Assembly (NCBI RefSeq): GCF_964355755.1
Contig: NC_092670.1
Location: 7,616,201 to 7,680,200 of the forward strand
Source: Antedon mediterranea
Taxonomy: Eukaryota > Animalia > Echinodermata
DNA: 64,000 bases
Reading direction: 5' to 3'
The notes below the pieces were generated by a model. It saw only the letters and a program-made list of their open reading frames with translations. It was not told the origin of the DNA and searched no databases. Position numbers and translations under genes: made by a program. Below, piece after piece: positions 43,531-56,761 of this stretch. Position 1 is the first letter of the stretch. Every line of letters starts with the position of its first letter.

Positions 43531-46225
43531 ACATATAATCGCAATGAGCTTCAGTTAAATGTTTATTTTATTTGTATATTATTTTTACAGAAGAGATAGA
43601 TCTGAATGGCAATGATGAAGTGCTTACACCTGTGATGAAGCGGAAGTTGTCACGAGATGTAAAAGGATCCGTCAAAGGACGATTAAAGCGTATGGTTTCA
43701 AATGTGTCTGAAGCAGAAAGTAAAATATCAGAGGAATTAACAGTGAGTTCAGCTAATATGTTATTGTTTTTTGTGAATTTTATTCACACTGATACTGTAC
43801 ATAAAATGTACCTGGTTACACTACCCCAACTGTTGATGTAATGTCAGTCATTAGGCCTACCCTCTTAATAAAAAATGCAAATGTGTGGGAATATCCTCTG
43901 TCTCGCATCCCAACTGGAGTGAAATGCCCACATCAGCTGTGGTCGATGGGCATAACAATACAGCAAGAGCAATACAGGATGGGAAGCCTTGGCTATTGTT
44001 CCATATTTGAAGCTTTGGTTGTCACAGTGTCTGTCAAAAAGGTCCTGGAACTATAACAGGATTTGAACCTTGGATTGGGAACCAAGTTCATCTTCGTCGT
44101 TATGAGTTCTCACAATCATGATGTTGATTATCACGGAACTAGTCGTTGTGGTGGCAGTATTCACAGCTGGTTTTGGGTTTAGTTTTGATTGTTTGCCGGA
44201 TTATTTCTGTTTATAATATAATTCTTAGTTCTCAACATGTGAAAAAATGCTTTCAAATTTGCTAATGTGTTAATCTTAATCTAAAATATCTTTACCCTTT
44301 TTTAACCTTTTATCAGTTTTCAAAAGTTCAAATGAACGCATCATCTTAGGCAACTCAAAAGTCTTCTAATAACAATCCTTATCTTACAGAAAACTGAGGA
44401 AGATAATCTCCTTGAGAGTTTCAGCATTAGTAGAACAATGCAATTGAACTCCGCAGAGTATCATTGGATCGTCATTGGTTGTATTGCTGCTGCTATCAAT
44501 GGAGCGTCACAACCAGCGTTTGCTATTATATTTAGTCGCATACTTGAGGTTAGTATTAGCCCTCCTCAGTGAGGTTTCTAATTTTTTTCTATATAGATAT
44601 GATAATAATATTTATTTAACCATCATAAAATGTGTTACGAATTTTAGTCATTTAGTCGACATTGTTGACTTATCGTGTTTGGAAATCAAGTTGTTGTGTG
44701 CGCCGTCTACTCTGGGTCGGAGCACTGGCTTTTTAATGGCCTCATGAAATATTCTCACCATCCAACTAATAAACATTCATTATTTGTATATCATATAATG
44801 TTTATTTGTCTTTAAGGCTTTTTCATTTCCTGATGATGAGTTGAAAAGAAGATCAAGGATTTATTGTGGAATGTTTGCCTTGATTGGTGTTGTCTTGTTT
44901 GTAGCTAATTTGATCCAGGTATAATATTTTAATAACATTTTGTCCTTTTCTTGTTCGTTTTTTTTTTTACCTTATTTAATGAAGGTGATCCATCCAGCAA
45001 TTGCTGATCATTAGGGACCCTCAGAGGTTCACATGACCAACATACTGTATACACAAGATGCTTGACATAAACAAGGTCTTATTACAAGTCTTTGGAGTGG
45101 AGTTGTAATATTGTCCTTAGAAAAAATCCTGACATGTGACGGGACCCTTGGAGTTGCAGCCAAGCATCATAACCACCAAGCCACAACTCCACTTCCAATA
45201 AGATGAAATCCTTTAGAGATGTATTGTCCCCCAAAAATATGAATAAGTAATTTTGTAACTTTAATATAGTTATTCTCTTTCGTAGAAAAATGACAAAATA
45301 AATTGTTAAATTCAGCTGGAAACTCATTGGCTTGCAGCTAATTTGACTATTTTTTGCTTTAAATAAGAGTTTTTTCAGGTATAACAATTTTTGGTTAACT
45401 AGTATATCACATTTATTAAAATGGCATATTCAACAGAAAGGGACAATACATTCTTAAACAAATTGTATTTTTTATAAATTTATTGAAAGCAGACATTAAT
45501 TAAGATGATTTTGTTGCTAAGTATGATAAACCTAAGCTCTAAGTTTTTGATGCTATGCACTGTCTTAACATGAGACCTCACAACATATAGTATGCTGTCC
45601 ATAGACAGCAAAGAAACATACATTATTGAGCTTATGTCAGCACATAAATGCAAGTCGAACAACTTGTTGACAAGTGCTCCGAGCAACTGAACGCAACTGA
45701 CTGCAATTCATACTAATCATTTCCATGTTACTATGCGCTTGCACATGCAGTACTGGTTCCTATAGAACTACAAATCGTGTTGTATGTGCAGTATGGTATT
45801 AACCATGATTAGTTACAATTGGTTACAATGTTGACATGAAAGCGCTCACACATTAGTTCATTTAAATTCTGTTCAGTTCCATCACTGGCTTGCTTGCAAC
45901 CATAGAGTTCCTTTCAGTTGAGTTCTTCCATATGAAACATACACCCGCTTAAAAGCATAAGGCGGACTATATCCAACAGATGAATTAATGAACGAACCTT
46001 GATTTTTTAACAGGGAGCAGCTTTTGGTAAATCAGGAGAAGAACTTACAAAAAGAGCCCGTAGTATGTCTTTCAAGGCCATGTTGAGACAGGTAACAATC
46101 CGCAAAAGTAATGCAGCTCTCAGGGCACTATCAAAATTAATATAGGTAGTGATATGCCCAAATATAGTAGTTATAGGACATCATCCTGTCAATGTATGGG
46201 CACATCACATTTTTTTGTCACATAA

Positions 46226-46264
<39 letters not shown>

Positions 46265-48665
46265 ATCCATATTGAAAACAAAGATATTGTAATAAAATTT
46301 GTGAAATCTATTATATTGTTTTCTGAAAATCAATAGGCATTGCCTTTAAGCCCAAAAATTCAGGATGATATAATTGGCAAGGTAAAAATAGTACATTGAC
46401 ATAACACTGTACTTACTATGGTCTAATGGTAGGCCGTCTAGATTTACATTTGAGATTCTTATAAGAATATTTTTACTCTTATTATAAGTCTCATTAGAAA
46501 GCGATTTCTTATAACTCAACATGTTTATTTTCAAGGATATTACCTGGTTTGATGATCAGAGAAATGGTACTGGTGCATTAACATCAAGACTTGCTACCCA
46601 AGCAGCTAATATACAAGGAGTAAGATATAGGCCTATTATTATGTGTTATATATTACTAGCATTTCAATGATCTCTAGATGGCTTGTTAAAATGATTAGAC
46701 TTTGTCATCTGACTTGAAAACAAAATGGACATTGTAAGTGTTAATATAACTGTAAAATATGAAACATGAAACAATACTAAAATTTATTTTCAACTTTTAT
46801 TATTATTATATAACTATAATTATTATTATTTCTCATTTTCATTTTTTATTAGTGTTAGTAATTTCGAATAATTCATTTTGTTTATTTTATTTTTTGAACA
46901 TACACCTTTAAATTGGTGGCACTCATGGAAAAAAAATGAAAAGGAAAATCATAGAGATAGAAATGAAATACTGTACAAAAGCATAAGGAAAGCCTTATAA
47001 TACCAAAATTAAAACTAACAAATTAATTGAAACTTAAATTTTATTTGCAATACAGATGTTGTATACATTGGTCTGTTTAATTTTTTACCTTTTCCCAAGC
47101 TATCTTCGTATAAGATTTGAAGATATCAAATTAGTGTTTTTATTACGAAAACTTTGATGTATTTAGGCAACTGGAGTAAGACTTGGGACTGTATTTCAGT
47201 CAGTTTTTAACATGGGAGCAACTTTGATAATTTCATTCATTTATGGCTGGCAGCTTACTCTGTTGGTGTTAGCTCTCTTGCCTCTTATTGTCGTTGCTGG
47301 TGCAATACAGTGGAAAGTTGTGCAAGGAAATTCAGTAGCTAACAAGGTAGCATATGAAGGTGCTGGCAAGGTACAGTAGATCCATATTACATAGCCTATA
47401 ATTAAAACGTGAACTTGATTGGTTGAAACGGCATCACATGACTAGCTGCTCCGAGGGCTGTAATTGCTATAGTTCTTCGAGCAGTGTTATTTTGACTATG
47501 TAATTTTCATTTAATTTTCGTCATGCGGATGAACAATTGTTTTTATTTTCATCAAAATTGGGTGATGGAAAGTTAATTTTTTTATGACCTTGGTTTTAGT
47601 ATTTGAAAATATAATTAAAATTATTTTGTTGTTCAGAGACTGTATGGAGCCCAGCGTAATGATGGACTGGCCTATCATTTGTTTTGCTATTTTGAGGCCA
47701 TAGGTCCATTTAACCCACAAATAGCTTACAGTGAACTATGCATACAGTAATCTCAAATGTTGTAAAACTGTATATATTTGGTTGTATCTTTATGTTATAG
47801 GTTTCGAGTGAAGCCATTGATAATTTAACCATTGCATCATTGGCACGTGAAGATACATTCTTTGACAAGTACTCGGATTACCTAGAGGAACCGCACAAGT
47901 AAGATTTTACATTTGTTGCAATCAAAAGAACCATATTAGGGCATAGACTGTATAAAATTGTCTTCATTTAGACAAAATCTTCTTTAATCCACTCTTCTTC
48001 TTTGAAAAGTCCTTTGCAAGCACCCACAATCTCCTCCAATCCCAGTTGCTTCATTGACATCTGCTGGAAATATTCCTTTTCGATAAAAGTTGGATTAATC
48101 CTTTGCTCTATTGGAAAATCCACTGGAATGCCTCTCTCTTTTGAAAAACCTGTTGAAACGCTTTCTCTTTGTTTAACACGAAATATCCACTGGACAACCT
48201 TTCTCTTTTACCATTGAAAAGTCCACTCAGAAGCCCTCCTTTTGGTTCATTGAGTAAGTTCTGCTGGAAAACAGTCTTTTGCTTTTTTCGGTAAAGGTTA
48301 GCTTAATCTGTTGCTCCATTAAAAAATTGACTGAAAAGTTTTGTATTATCTTTTAGATCAAGCCTAGCAAAGGGCCTGATAGGTGGTTGTGCCTTTGGAT
48401 TCAGTCAGTGTGTTATATTCTTTATCTATGCAGCAACATTTCTTGTTGTCAGAGACAAGATGGAATTTGAAGATATATTTTTGTAAGTTGCAATAAATTT
48501 TAACATTCTATAAAAAAAACAGTTGTAAATGTATGAAATTATTATACAATTTGTGGGTAGAAGTTTATACCTAGCCAAAATGGCCATATTCTCAGACGTT
48601 TTTGTTGCCTGGCTTGCAAATATAGGAATGATTTATTTTATAGTCTATTGTCACTGATACTCTGT

Positions 48666-48871
48666 GAACATCTACACCTTACAGACACTTCTCCAGAAGC
48701 AGACTAACACACTTCACACCTCACCGACAGCATCACTGATCCTCCGTTCCTTATCTATACTTATAGTTGTATATTGTACTGAAGTATTATACTGAATAAA
48801 CAATATGTGTTACGACAGTCAAGCGAGTAAGAGTCTTCATTAGTACCTCAACAACGCAACATTATATTACA
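48666..48871 (+). repeat. 5' LTR remnant (R-U5-like portion only)
   Basis: 48666-48761 equals 56666-56761 (96 bp, 1 mismatch), then AATAAA (~48795) and the ...TTATATTACA end. Confidence 0.85.
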
Positions 48872-49023
48872 TGGTGGAAGACCCAAATTTCATAAGGAAC
48901 AGAGTGAGAAAACAGAATAACAAGAAAACAAGAAATAAACACTTAACAAGACACGAAGACGAAGACGAAGACAAAAATAACCATATTTGTTTGAAAGGAG
49001 AAAACCAGAAATTTACTTTTAAA

Positions 49024-49231
49024 CAAAAGACAAACTGAAATTATATTTGAATGAGATCGAGACAAGCAGAAATTTTATCAAATTATTACCATTGGATGAA
49101 GACAAAGAAGATAATCGAGGAAGACACAAAAGACAAGCTGAAATTATATATTTGAATGAGATCGAGACAAGCAGAAATTTTATCAAATTATAACCATTGG
49201 ATAAAGACAAAGAAGATAATCGAGGAAGACC
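49024..49231 (+). repeat. ~103-bp tandem duplication in the retrotransposon leader
   Basis: CAAAAGACAA(A/G)CTGAAATTATA...GATAATCGAGGAAGAC occurs twice. Confidence 0.85.
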
Positions 49232-49620
49232 CAAGAAGAATCAAAACAGAAGCAAGCGGACAAGAACTGTTTCGTTTGGACACTTTCAACTTCACGCCGT
49301 TTTTTTTCGATCGTTTTTTTTATAATTTACTTTTTTTGAACATTGATGAACACCTTTCGCATTTTTTTTTGAATTCGTTGTTTGAAAAGTTGAACATTGA
49401 TGAGCACCTTTAACATTTCTTTAATTCGTTGTTTGAACATTTAAACATTTCTGAACACTTTTTGCATTCCTTTAATTCATTTTTAATTGGATCCGAAGCA
49501 TTTGGGGTAAGTCAAAACCATTTTGATTTTTGATTTGTAACCTTGATTGAAAAGTGAGAGTTTACATATATATACACTAAATTGTTTTTGATATATGATT
49601 AATAATTAATATTATAAAGT

Positions 49621-50580
49621 ATGGTCGACGTTGTTGATAACGAAGTAATTTTAAATGAGCCTGTCAATCCACACTCCGTGCCCCACCTAAGACAAACCGA
49701 TTTCCTTCCCAAAAGATATGACGGTTCCATAACCGATCACGACCAATGTAGTGCACACTACTTATCGTTTACCGACTACCTTGAGGCCCACACTTTAGAA
49801 AACCCTGTAAACAATGCCCAATTAATTAATGTAATAAGTATTTTCAAACGTAGGCTTCAGGGCCAAGCTAGACTCTGGATTGAGGGAAAGCAGTTCGATT
49901 CACTGGAATCCTTAAAAACCCAATTCATCAACAGGTTTAGTAAAAACAAATCAATCTATGCGCACATAAGAGAATACGATTCAATTACTTACACCACTGG
50001 CGACAACGCCGAAAAGCACTTAACCAAAATCAAACAAGCCGCAGACAGAATTGGATACGCTGACCAGCAGATAAAGAATAAATTTATTTCGACCCTTCCA
50101 CCAAAATGTAGAGCAGCTGTAGCCATGTCCACCCCAATCGATGCCACTATTGACAATATCGTAAACAGCACACAAAATTACCTTGACCTTTCCGTAGATG
50201 ATGCCACACGGGAAGTTTCATTCAATATCAATAAGGAAACAGATAATAGTCTCGAATCGCTCCAACATGAGATAAATTCTCTCAAGTTAGACATGGCCAC
50301 AACAAAACGATCCCTTAATGATGATACTCGACGCTCACGTTCCCCCACCCGAAATTATACCCCAAGACGAAACCGAAGCCCAAGCCCATACAAACCCCGA
50401 TTCCAGACCCCACCGACCCCAAGATATAGACAACCTCCCCCAACCTGTTATTACTGCGGGAAACCAGGCCACATAGCAAGGCATTGCCGACAACAAAACC
50501 GTTCTTACGGAAATTATCCCCCGCCATACCCATACCAACAGTCAAACAATTACTACCCTAGCCACCAGCAGGATTTTTAA
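49621..50580 (+). CDS. gag: Gag polyprotein (capsid-like + CCHC zinc knuckle)
   Basis: 319-aa ORF; LQGQARLW capsid-like motif, RS/P-rich basic region, CYYCGKPGHIARHC knuckle. Confidence 0.92.
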   Translation: MVDVVDNEVILNEPVNPHSVPHLRQTDFLPKRYDGSITDHDQCSAHYLSFTDYLEAHTLENPVNNAQLINVISIFKRRLQGQARLWIEGKQFDSLESLKTQFINRFSKNKSIYAHIREYDSITYTTGDNAEKHLTKIKQAADRIGYADQQIKNKFISTLPPKCRAAVAMSTPIDATIDNIVNSTQNYLDLSVDDATREVSFNINKETDNSLESLQHEINSLKLDMATTKRSLNDDTRRSRSPTRNYTPRRNRSPSPYKPRFQTPPTPRYRQPPPTCYYCGKPGHIARHCRQQNRSYGNYPPPYPYQQSNNYYPSHQQDF

Positions 50581-53500
50581 AAAGGGGACTAGATGCCGCC
50601 TATAATCTGGCCCCCCATACTAAATACGACAATTTTAAGGCAAAATACTTAGGGAATTCAGATAATATTGATTTGTTACTTAACGACAGAAATTACGTTA
50701 AAGGAAATTTACCAGATGGTAGAAATGTTTTAACTTTATTTGACAGTGGTTCAACTAGAACTATAATCTCACAATCGTACGTTAATTCCTCACTTTATTT
50801 ATCGCGTCTAAAGCCAATTAAAGTGAACACAACTAAATTTCGATTAGGCAACGGTGACTTCTTATACGCCAACCACTTAGTGCAATTCGAATTATTTATC
50901 CAAGCACACACATTCAAAATTTCAGCGTTAATCGTTAAAAATTTGACAGGTATTGACCTGATACTTGGAACCGAAACATTGTCTGAACTCGACGGTACTT
51001 TAAATTTTAAGGAAAACACCTTTCGCATTAGACCAAAGATTTTTAGCTTTCGTCCTGTACACAAGATTTTTCTTAAACCCGGTGATACTAGAACAGTTAA
51101 ATTAAAAGGAAGGGTTCCCGCCTTTGTACGCAATTCTGATGTTGTTCTACATGCAACCACCAATATTTCAAAACTTTGTCCATCAGATATGTTAGTAAAA
51201 TTACACAGAGGAGAAACCAACATTGATATCACTAACAACACAAACAGAAACGTATCTCTAAATACACATCAACCTATCGCGAGCCTTCACTTAACCAACC
51301 TTGTAACAGTTACTAACGACCTACCAATTGATAGAATAAAGTTGACCAATGACAACGCAAACAAGTACCCACATTTAGAACGTACAGACCCATTGCTATC
51401 TTTAACCAGGGAAGAGTTTTAACTCTTCCCTGCTTTAACCGAGGAAGAAATAATCAGAAAACAAGTTGATTTAACAGACAGCGTTTTAACACATAGAGAA
51501 AAAGAAGATTTGTATAAAACATTACAACAAAACAGAAACGCATTTTCACTATATGGTGAACTATCTAGCTGCCCAAACTTCAAAGCTGACATACACCTCT
51601 CTAACGATGAACCATTTTTTATTCGACCATACTTCGCGACAGACAAAGACAAACATGTTATTGAGGCCGAATTGAACAAATTAGTCAAACTAGGAATCTT
51701 AGCAGTAGGACACCAATCGTATACTTCCCCTGTCCTTCTTGTTTCAAAGAAAAATTCAAAAGATAAAAGAGTTGTCACAGACTTTCGCTATCTAAATTCC
51801 AGGATAAAACGTATTAATCACCCATTCCCATTATTAGCCGAAACTCTGAAAACAATAGGTAACGCTAATGCAAAGATTCTTAGCGTAATTGATTTGAAAT
51901 CAGCGTTCCACTGTGTACCATTAGCCGAACATGCCCAACAATACACAGGTATAGCTTCATATCATGGTGGAAAGCATTATTATTATAAGAGATTAGCACA
52001 AGGATTAAACGTTTCGCCAGGTATATTTCAAGCAAAGATTGACGAAATTTTAAATGAAATCCCAAATTCTAGAGAATTCTGTATCGCCCATCACGATGAT
52101 ATTATTTTATTTAGCCAAGACAAATTTGCTCATAAGCAGCACCTTGTTTCCGTTTTACAAGCCCTACAATTAAATGGTTTTAGAATTTGCCCAAAGAAAT
52201 GTAAGTTATTCAAGAATAAAGTGCAATATATGGGACACACCATCCTGATTAATTCTTCAGGACACGCATGTATCACACCATTAGGCGACAGGTGTGCAGC
52301 TATCCGAAATTTGCCAGTCCCACGAACCCATAAAGAAACTAAACGATTTATTGGTGCAGTAAATTATGTATCTCATTTTTTCCCTCAAATACAATCAATT
52401 TTACAGCCGTTACACACACTCGCAAGCAAACGCCGAAAATTTTGTTGGTCTACTGAACACCAGAAAGCATTTGACGAAATTAAACAATTAATGGTTAAAC
52501 CACCAACTCTTCAAATGCCTAGAAAAGAAGGTAGATTTACGCTATATAGCGACACTTCAAGAACCGCAACAGGTTCATATTTAACACAAACAGTAAACGA
52601 TAAAGAACACATAATAGGTTATTATTCCAAAATCTTACCACAAGCCTGTCAACGATATAGCGTCACAGAATTAGAGTTATTTGGACTTTACATTAACGTT
52701 TCAGCATTTCGACATTTACTAAAGGGTTGCGAATTTGATGCATTCGTAGACCACTCAGCAATTGTACAAATTTGGAATTCAAAAGATCAGCCATGTACAC
52801 CCCGTTTACAGAAACTAATATTACAATTGTCCGGATACATTTTCCAAATTGGTTATAAGAAAGGAACTGAATTAGTTTTAGCAGATTTTCTCTCCCGAGC
52901 CCCTCGTGACGACGATTCCGAAATTGATCAAGTTGTACCCATTGCATTTAATATTACAGAGACCGAATCTCTTAACCCGATTACAAACACATCCACTAGC
53001 AGACCAGTAACAAGGTCATACGCCAAGAAAATGGGAATAAATATACCTGACCTACATAAACCCAAACCAGTACAAACGCCCGTCATTAATCAAAACCCAG
53101 TGACAACAAACACGCGACCTACACCTCAACCTTCCACTACACCACAGATAATCACGAGACAACAAACAAACGCACATCGATCACCGCCTATCGTAACGCC
53201 ACCTATCGTAACGCCACCCCCAATACGTAATGTAAACATTCGACAACCTCCAGAGGAACGACTAGTAGACAAAAATAAGCTAAGCAAAGATACTACACAT
53301 CGAAATGTACCAGTTGATTTGTATACATCGCCCAAACCACTAGTACCAAACATAACTGAATTTAAGTCAGCACACATCCCAAAACAACAAGACTTAGATA
53401 GATTAATGGATGTTATTCAAAGAAAGATAATTAGAGATTATAACCTCCCAGTAGATGTTAAACAATTACGTGTTGAACAAGAAACTTCACCATTTTTTAA

Positions 53501-55319
53501 GCCAGTTTACGATTATTTAGCTCATGATATCCTTCCAGCTGATAAGAAAGCAGCTCGTGCAGTTCAGAATAAGTCAGAGCAGTACATATTGTGCAACGGT
53601 TTACTATTCCGTTTATTTTTCCAAGATAAAGGTGGAGAATTTGTATTGCAATTATCTGTTCCTGAAAACTTAGCCGAGACCGTTATTTCTCAGTATCACG
53701 ACAATTTGTTAAGTAGCCACCAAGGTACGATGCGTACTTACCTTACTATTAGGAAATTATTTTACATGCCCCTTATGTTCGAGAAAGTCAACAATTATAC
53801 CCAAGCGTGTCTTAGATGTCAACAATTTCGTCCCAAAACCGATAAATTACGTCCTTTACACGATCGAGTACCAGCAACCTACCGTCCCTTTCATACACTC
53901 AGTCTAGATTTTAAGAGTATGCCAACTTCACCTTCAGGTTTTAAACATATTATGGTAGTATGTGATGAGATAACTAGATTTTTGATTTGTGTACCTTTGA
54001 AATCCATTGATGCCGAAACAATTTGCGAAGCACTAATTCAAAAGGTCATCAGTATTTTTGGACCCCCATCTCGTCTTATTTCAGATGCAGCAACCTCCCT
54101 TACAGGAAAATTATTAACACTATTATGTAACACCCTTAATATTGATAGGAAAATCATCAGCGTCCACAATCACGGTAGTTTACAAGTTGAACGTCATATC
54201 CGCACCGTATCGGACCTGTTAAAGGTCAACCTTAACCAATTCGGAATAGATTGGGTTAGATTTGTATCAACAACATGTTATGCTTATAACTCGTTTTCAT
54301 CCCCACATCTAGGAAACCACTCCCCTTACGAATTAGTTTTTGGCCGCCAACCTCCAAGTTTGACCTCATTAGCATTTAACCCTATTTCAGGATTGTCTCA
54401 TTCCTATGAAGAATACTTTGAACATCTCAAGAAGAAATTTCAAAACATTTCACAGACAATGCTACAATTACAGCGAACACAACAAAACGTCCAAAACTCG
54501 AAAATTTCCCAACGCTTAGAAAAAAGTCCAATTTACTCAGTAGGACAACTCGTATATTTATACAAGCCAACATCATCATCACTAACGGCAAATTCAAAGA
54601 AAATCGCCGCAGAATGGGTCGGACCATTAGTAATTCATGAAGTACTAGACAGAACACACTACATCCTAGCGACGATTAAAGGAGAAATACTTCGCGACGT
54701 ATTCAATTATAACAGACTGAAACCTTGTTTTATGAGAACGCCTAAAGAACGCAAAAATTTTACACATCTACAAAAACTTAAACAATTGTTGAATGAACCC
54801 ACCGATGATAATAACGATAAAATCCAAAACACCATTAATGTAGTAAATGACGAAATCAATGTTGAATTTGTAGACGAACATGATAGGACACCCGCCCAAT
54901 TGCAATCAGATACCCTTACACATCCAACTAAGATAGAACCCCTTAACTTGCAACCTTACATTGACTGTGTAGAGAATAACATGGGATTAGCAGCCCCATT
55001 CCAAATGAAAGAAGAACAAATTAAGGAACAAACTAATCTAATTATGACAGCACCTAATGATTCAAATATGACATTAAACCGAGGTAGATTTAAAGCAGGA
55101 CAGTTCCAAGTTTTAGTTTCGTATTCTAAACCCACTTCAGCCAAACGCAACACCGATAAAACAAAACACGAATCTAATGATCGCAAATTTTGGTGGAATA
55201 TTGACAGATATAACGATACAGATAAATTGATTAAAGAGATCATTAATGATAAACAGATACCGATAAGTGGATCGCCAAACCGATTCATAAAACGTTTGTA
55301 TAATGCAACAAGTTACTGA
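50571..55319 (+). CDS. pol: Pol polyprotein (protease, RT, RNase H, integrase) in the -1 frame to gag; one internal stop at 51420-51422
   Basis: Protease LFDSGS; RT DFRYLN, DLKSAF, HHDD, YMGH; RNase H SDTS, ELE, VDH, ADFLSR; integrase H-H-C-C and D(LDF)-D(SDA)-E(VER), plus GPY/F-like WVGP. ORFs 50673-51422 and 51510-55319 share one frame. Confidence 0.92.
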
Positions 55320-56222
55320 TTTAATTTTTTTTGCAAGATTATTTTTAAATTACGACATTTGCTAAATGATAGCATAGTCTACGTATTTGATGAGATTTGT
55401 TTAGTAAATGATGTGATTTTAGTTAAAAGAGAATTGAATTTATGTTTAAGTATTGATTTGTAACGAGTTTTTTGATAAAGATTAATTTTGAATTTTAATG
55501 ATCGATATATTGAGATATTGAAAAGAACGACAATCATTTTGTAACAAATATTTTGTTTAACCTTTGAGTCGTTAATCTCAAGCATTAATTAATTGATATA
55601 CAATAACAGGAGATTTTCTTAGTACTTTTAATTGTAATTTTTTTGACATTGAGTGCAAAAGTCGAATTTGTCGACCGATTGAAATCGTAATTACCTGTGA
55701 ATATAAATGCTTAAATCGATAAAGTTGTGACGATAACGATATATTGTGGATAAGTTTGTGTCAACGGGACACACACATTTGTTTCTTTAAAGCTTTAAAT
55801 GATTAAGTTTGATATTTTGATTCTAAACTAATCAGCCACAGTTTCTTGAGTTTTATGTTTTAATTTGATGATTTATGTTTGAAGACCATTAGAACGCGAT
55901 GAGTTGTCGCACGATTTGATGTATGTTCAATGTAACATACTATTTTTAAGTTTTGTATTTTTATTTTCAACTGATTTATGTTTGATTTACGCGAATTTTA
56001 TACCAAATTCATTTTTAATTTTAATTTTTTTAAAGAGAGAGAAGAGAGAGAGTGAAAGTGATAAGGTTACACTTCAGAGTCAATGGTTTTGGCTAACTCA
56101 ATTTTTGCTTATATGTATAATAATGTTTTTTTTCTTTTATATAACTTTAATTTTGCATGCCACTATTATAACCATTTTTATATTTTAAATAGATTAGAAA
56201 AAAAAAAAGGGAAACAGAGGGA

Positions 56223-56761
56223 TGTAATATAACGATATACTTTTATATTTAAGAAATTGACCTTTGTATCGGAATTCAAATAGGTTCACAAACTTGACCC
56301 AGAAAGTCCAGAGGAGAGTTTGTCCAGATGTTTTAATGACCATTTAGTTTATAATAGAATCCCTAAAGAAAACACTTAGCTTAACTTTGTGACTGTTCCC
56401 ATCGTAAAACAATTAGATATTGACAGTTTTAAGCAGAGATTCGACAGGGCCAATTCATCATTGTAACCTCCCCAGATAAGATCAATCATTCCCACTTAAA
56501 CACCCCTGGACCAACTTAGGACCAATCAGTAACCTCTAAGATTACGTAGTGACATATGCAAATGAACCGAGGGCCAATATACTCCCAAGTTTCAGAAGGG
56601 CCCAGACACACCTCACAGCCACTTCTTCAGAAGAACATCTACACCTTACAGCCACTTCTTCAGAAGAACATCTACACCTTACAGCCACTTCTCCAGAAGC
56701 AGACTAACACACTTCACACCTCACCGACAGCATCACTGATCCTCCGTTCCTTATCTATACT
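56223..56761 (+). repeat. 3' LTR remnant (U3-R-like portion only) with promoter-like motifs and 33-bp tandem repeat
   Basis: Starts TG after the PPT; CCAATC at ~56522, octamer ATGCAAAT at 56556, ~2.8 copies of a 33-bp unit at ~56609-56700; ends before the AATAAA seen in the 5' remnant. Confidence 0.85.

Larger units (their letters stand above)
48663..56761 (+). mobile_element. Ty3/Gypsy LTR retrotransposon with reciprocally truncated LTRs, inserted in an ABCB intron
   Basis: gag + PR-RT-RH-IN order. 5' LTR ends TTATATTACA (48871) followed by PBS-like TGGTGGAAGACC. Polypurine tract ends at 56222 and the 3' LTR starts TGTAATATAA (56223). Empty site visible in copy B at ~26790-26803. Confidence 0.95.

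Noticed and set aside
46228-46263. 36-nt poly(T) replacing ~110 bp present in copy B
   Set aside because: Likely slippage/deletion or a sequencing artefact; no TSD or associated retrocopy seen.
48872-48889. Assignment of a specific primer tRNA to the PBS
   Set aside because: TGGTGGAAGACC is PBS-like by position, but I cannot match it confidently to a tRNA 3' end without the species tRNA set.
55320-56222. env-like third ORF
   Set aside because: Only short low-complexity ORFs; no signal peptide/TM architecture of credible length.
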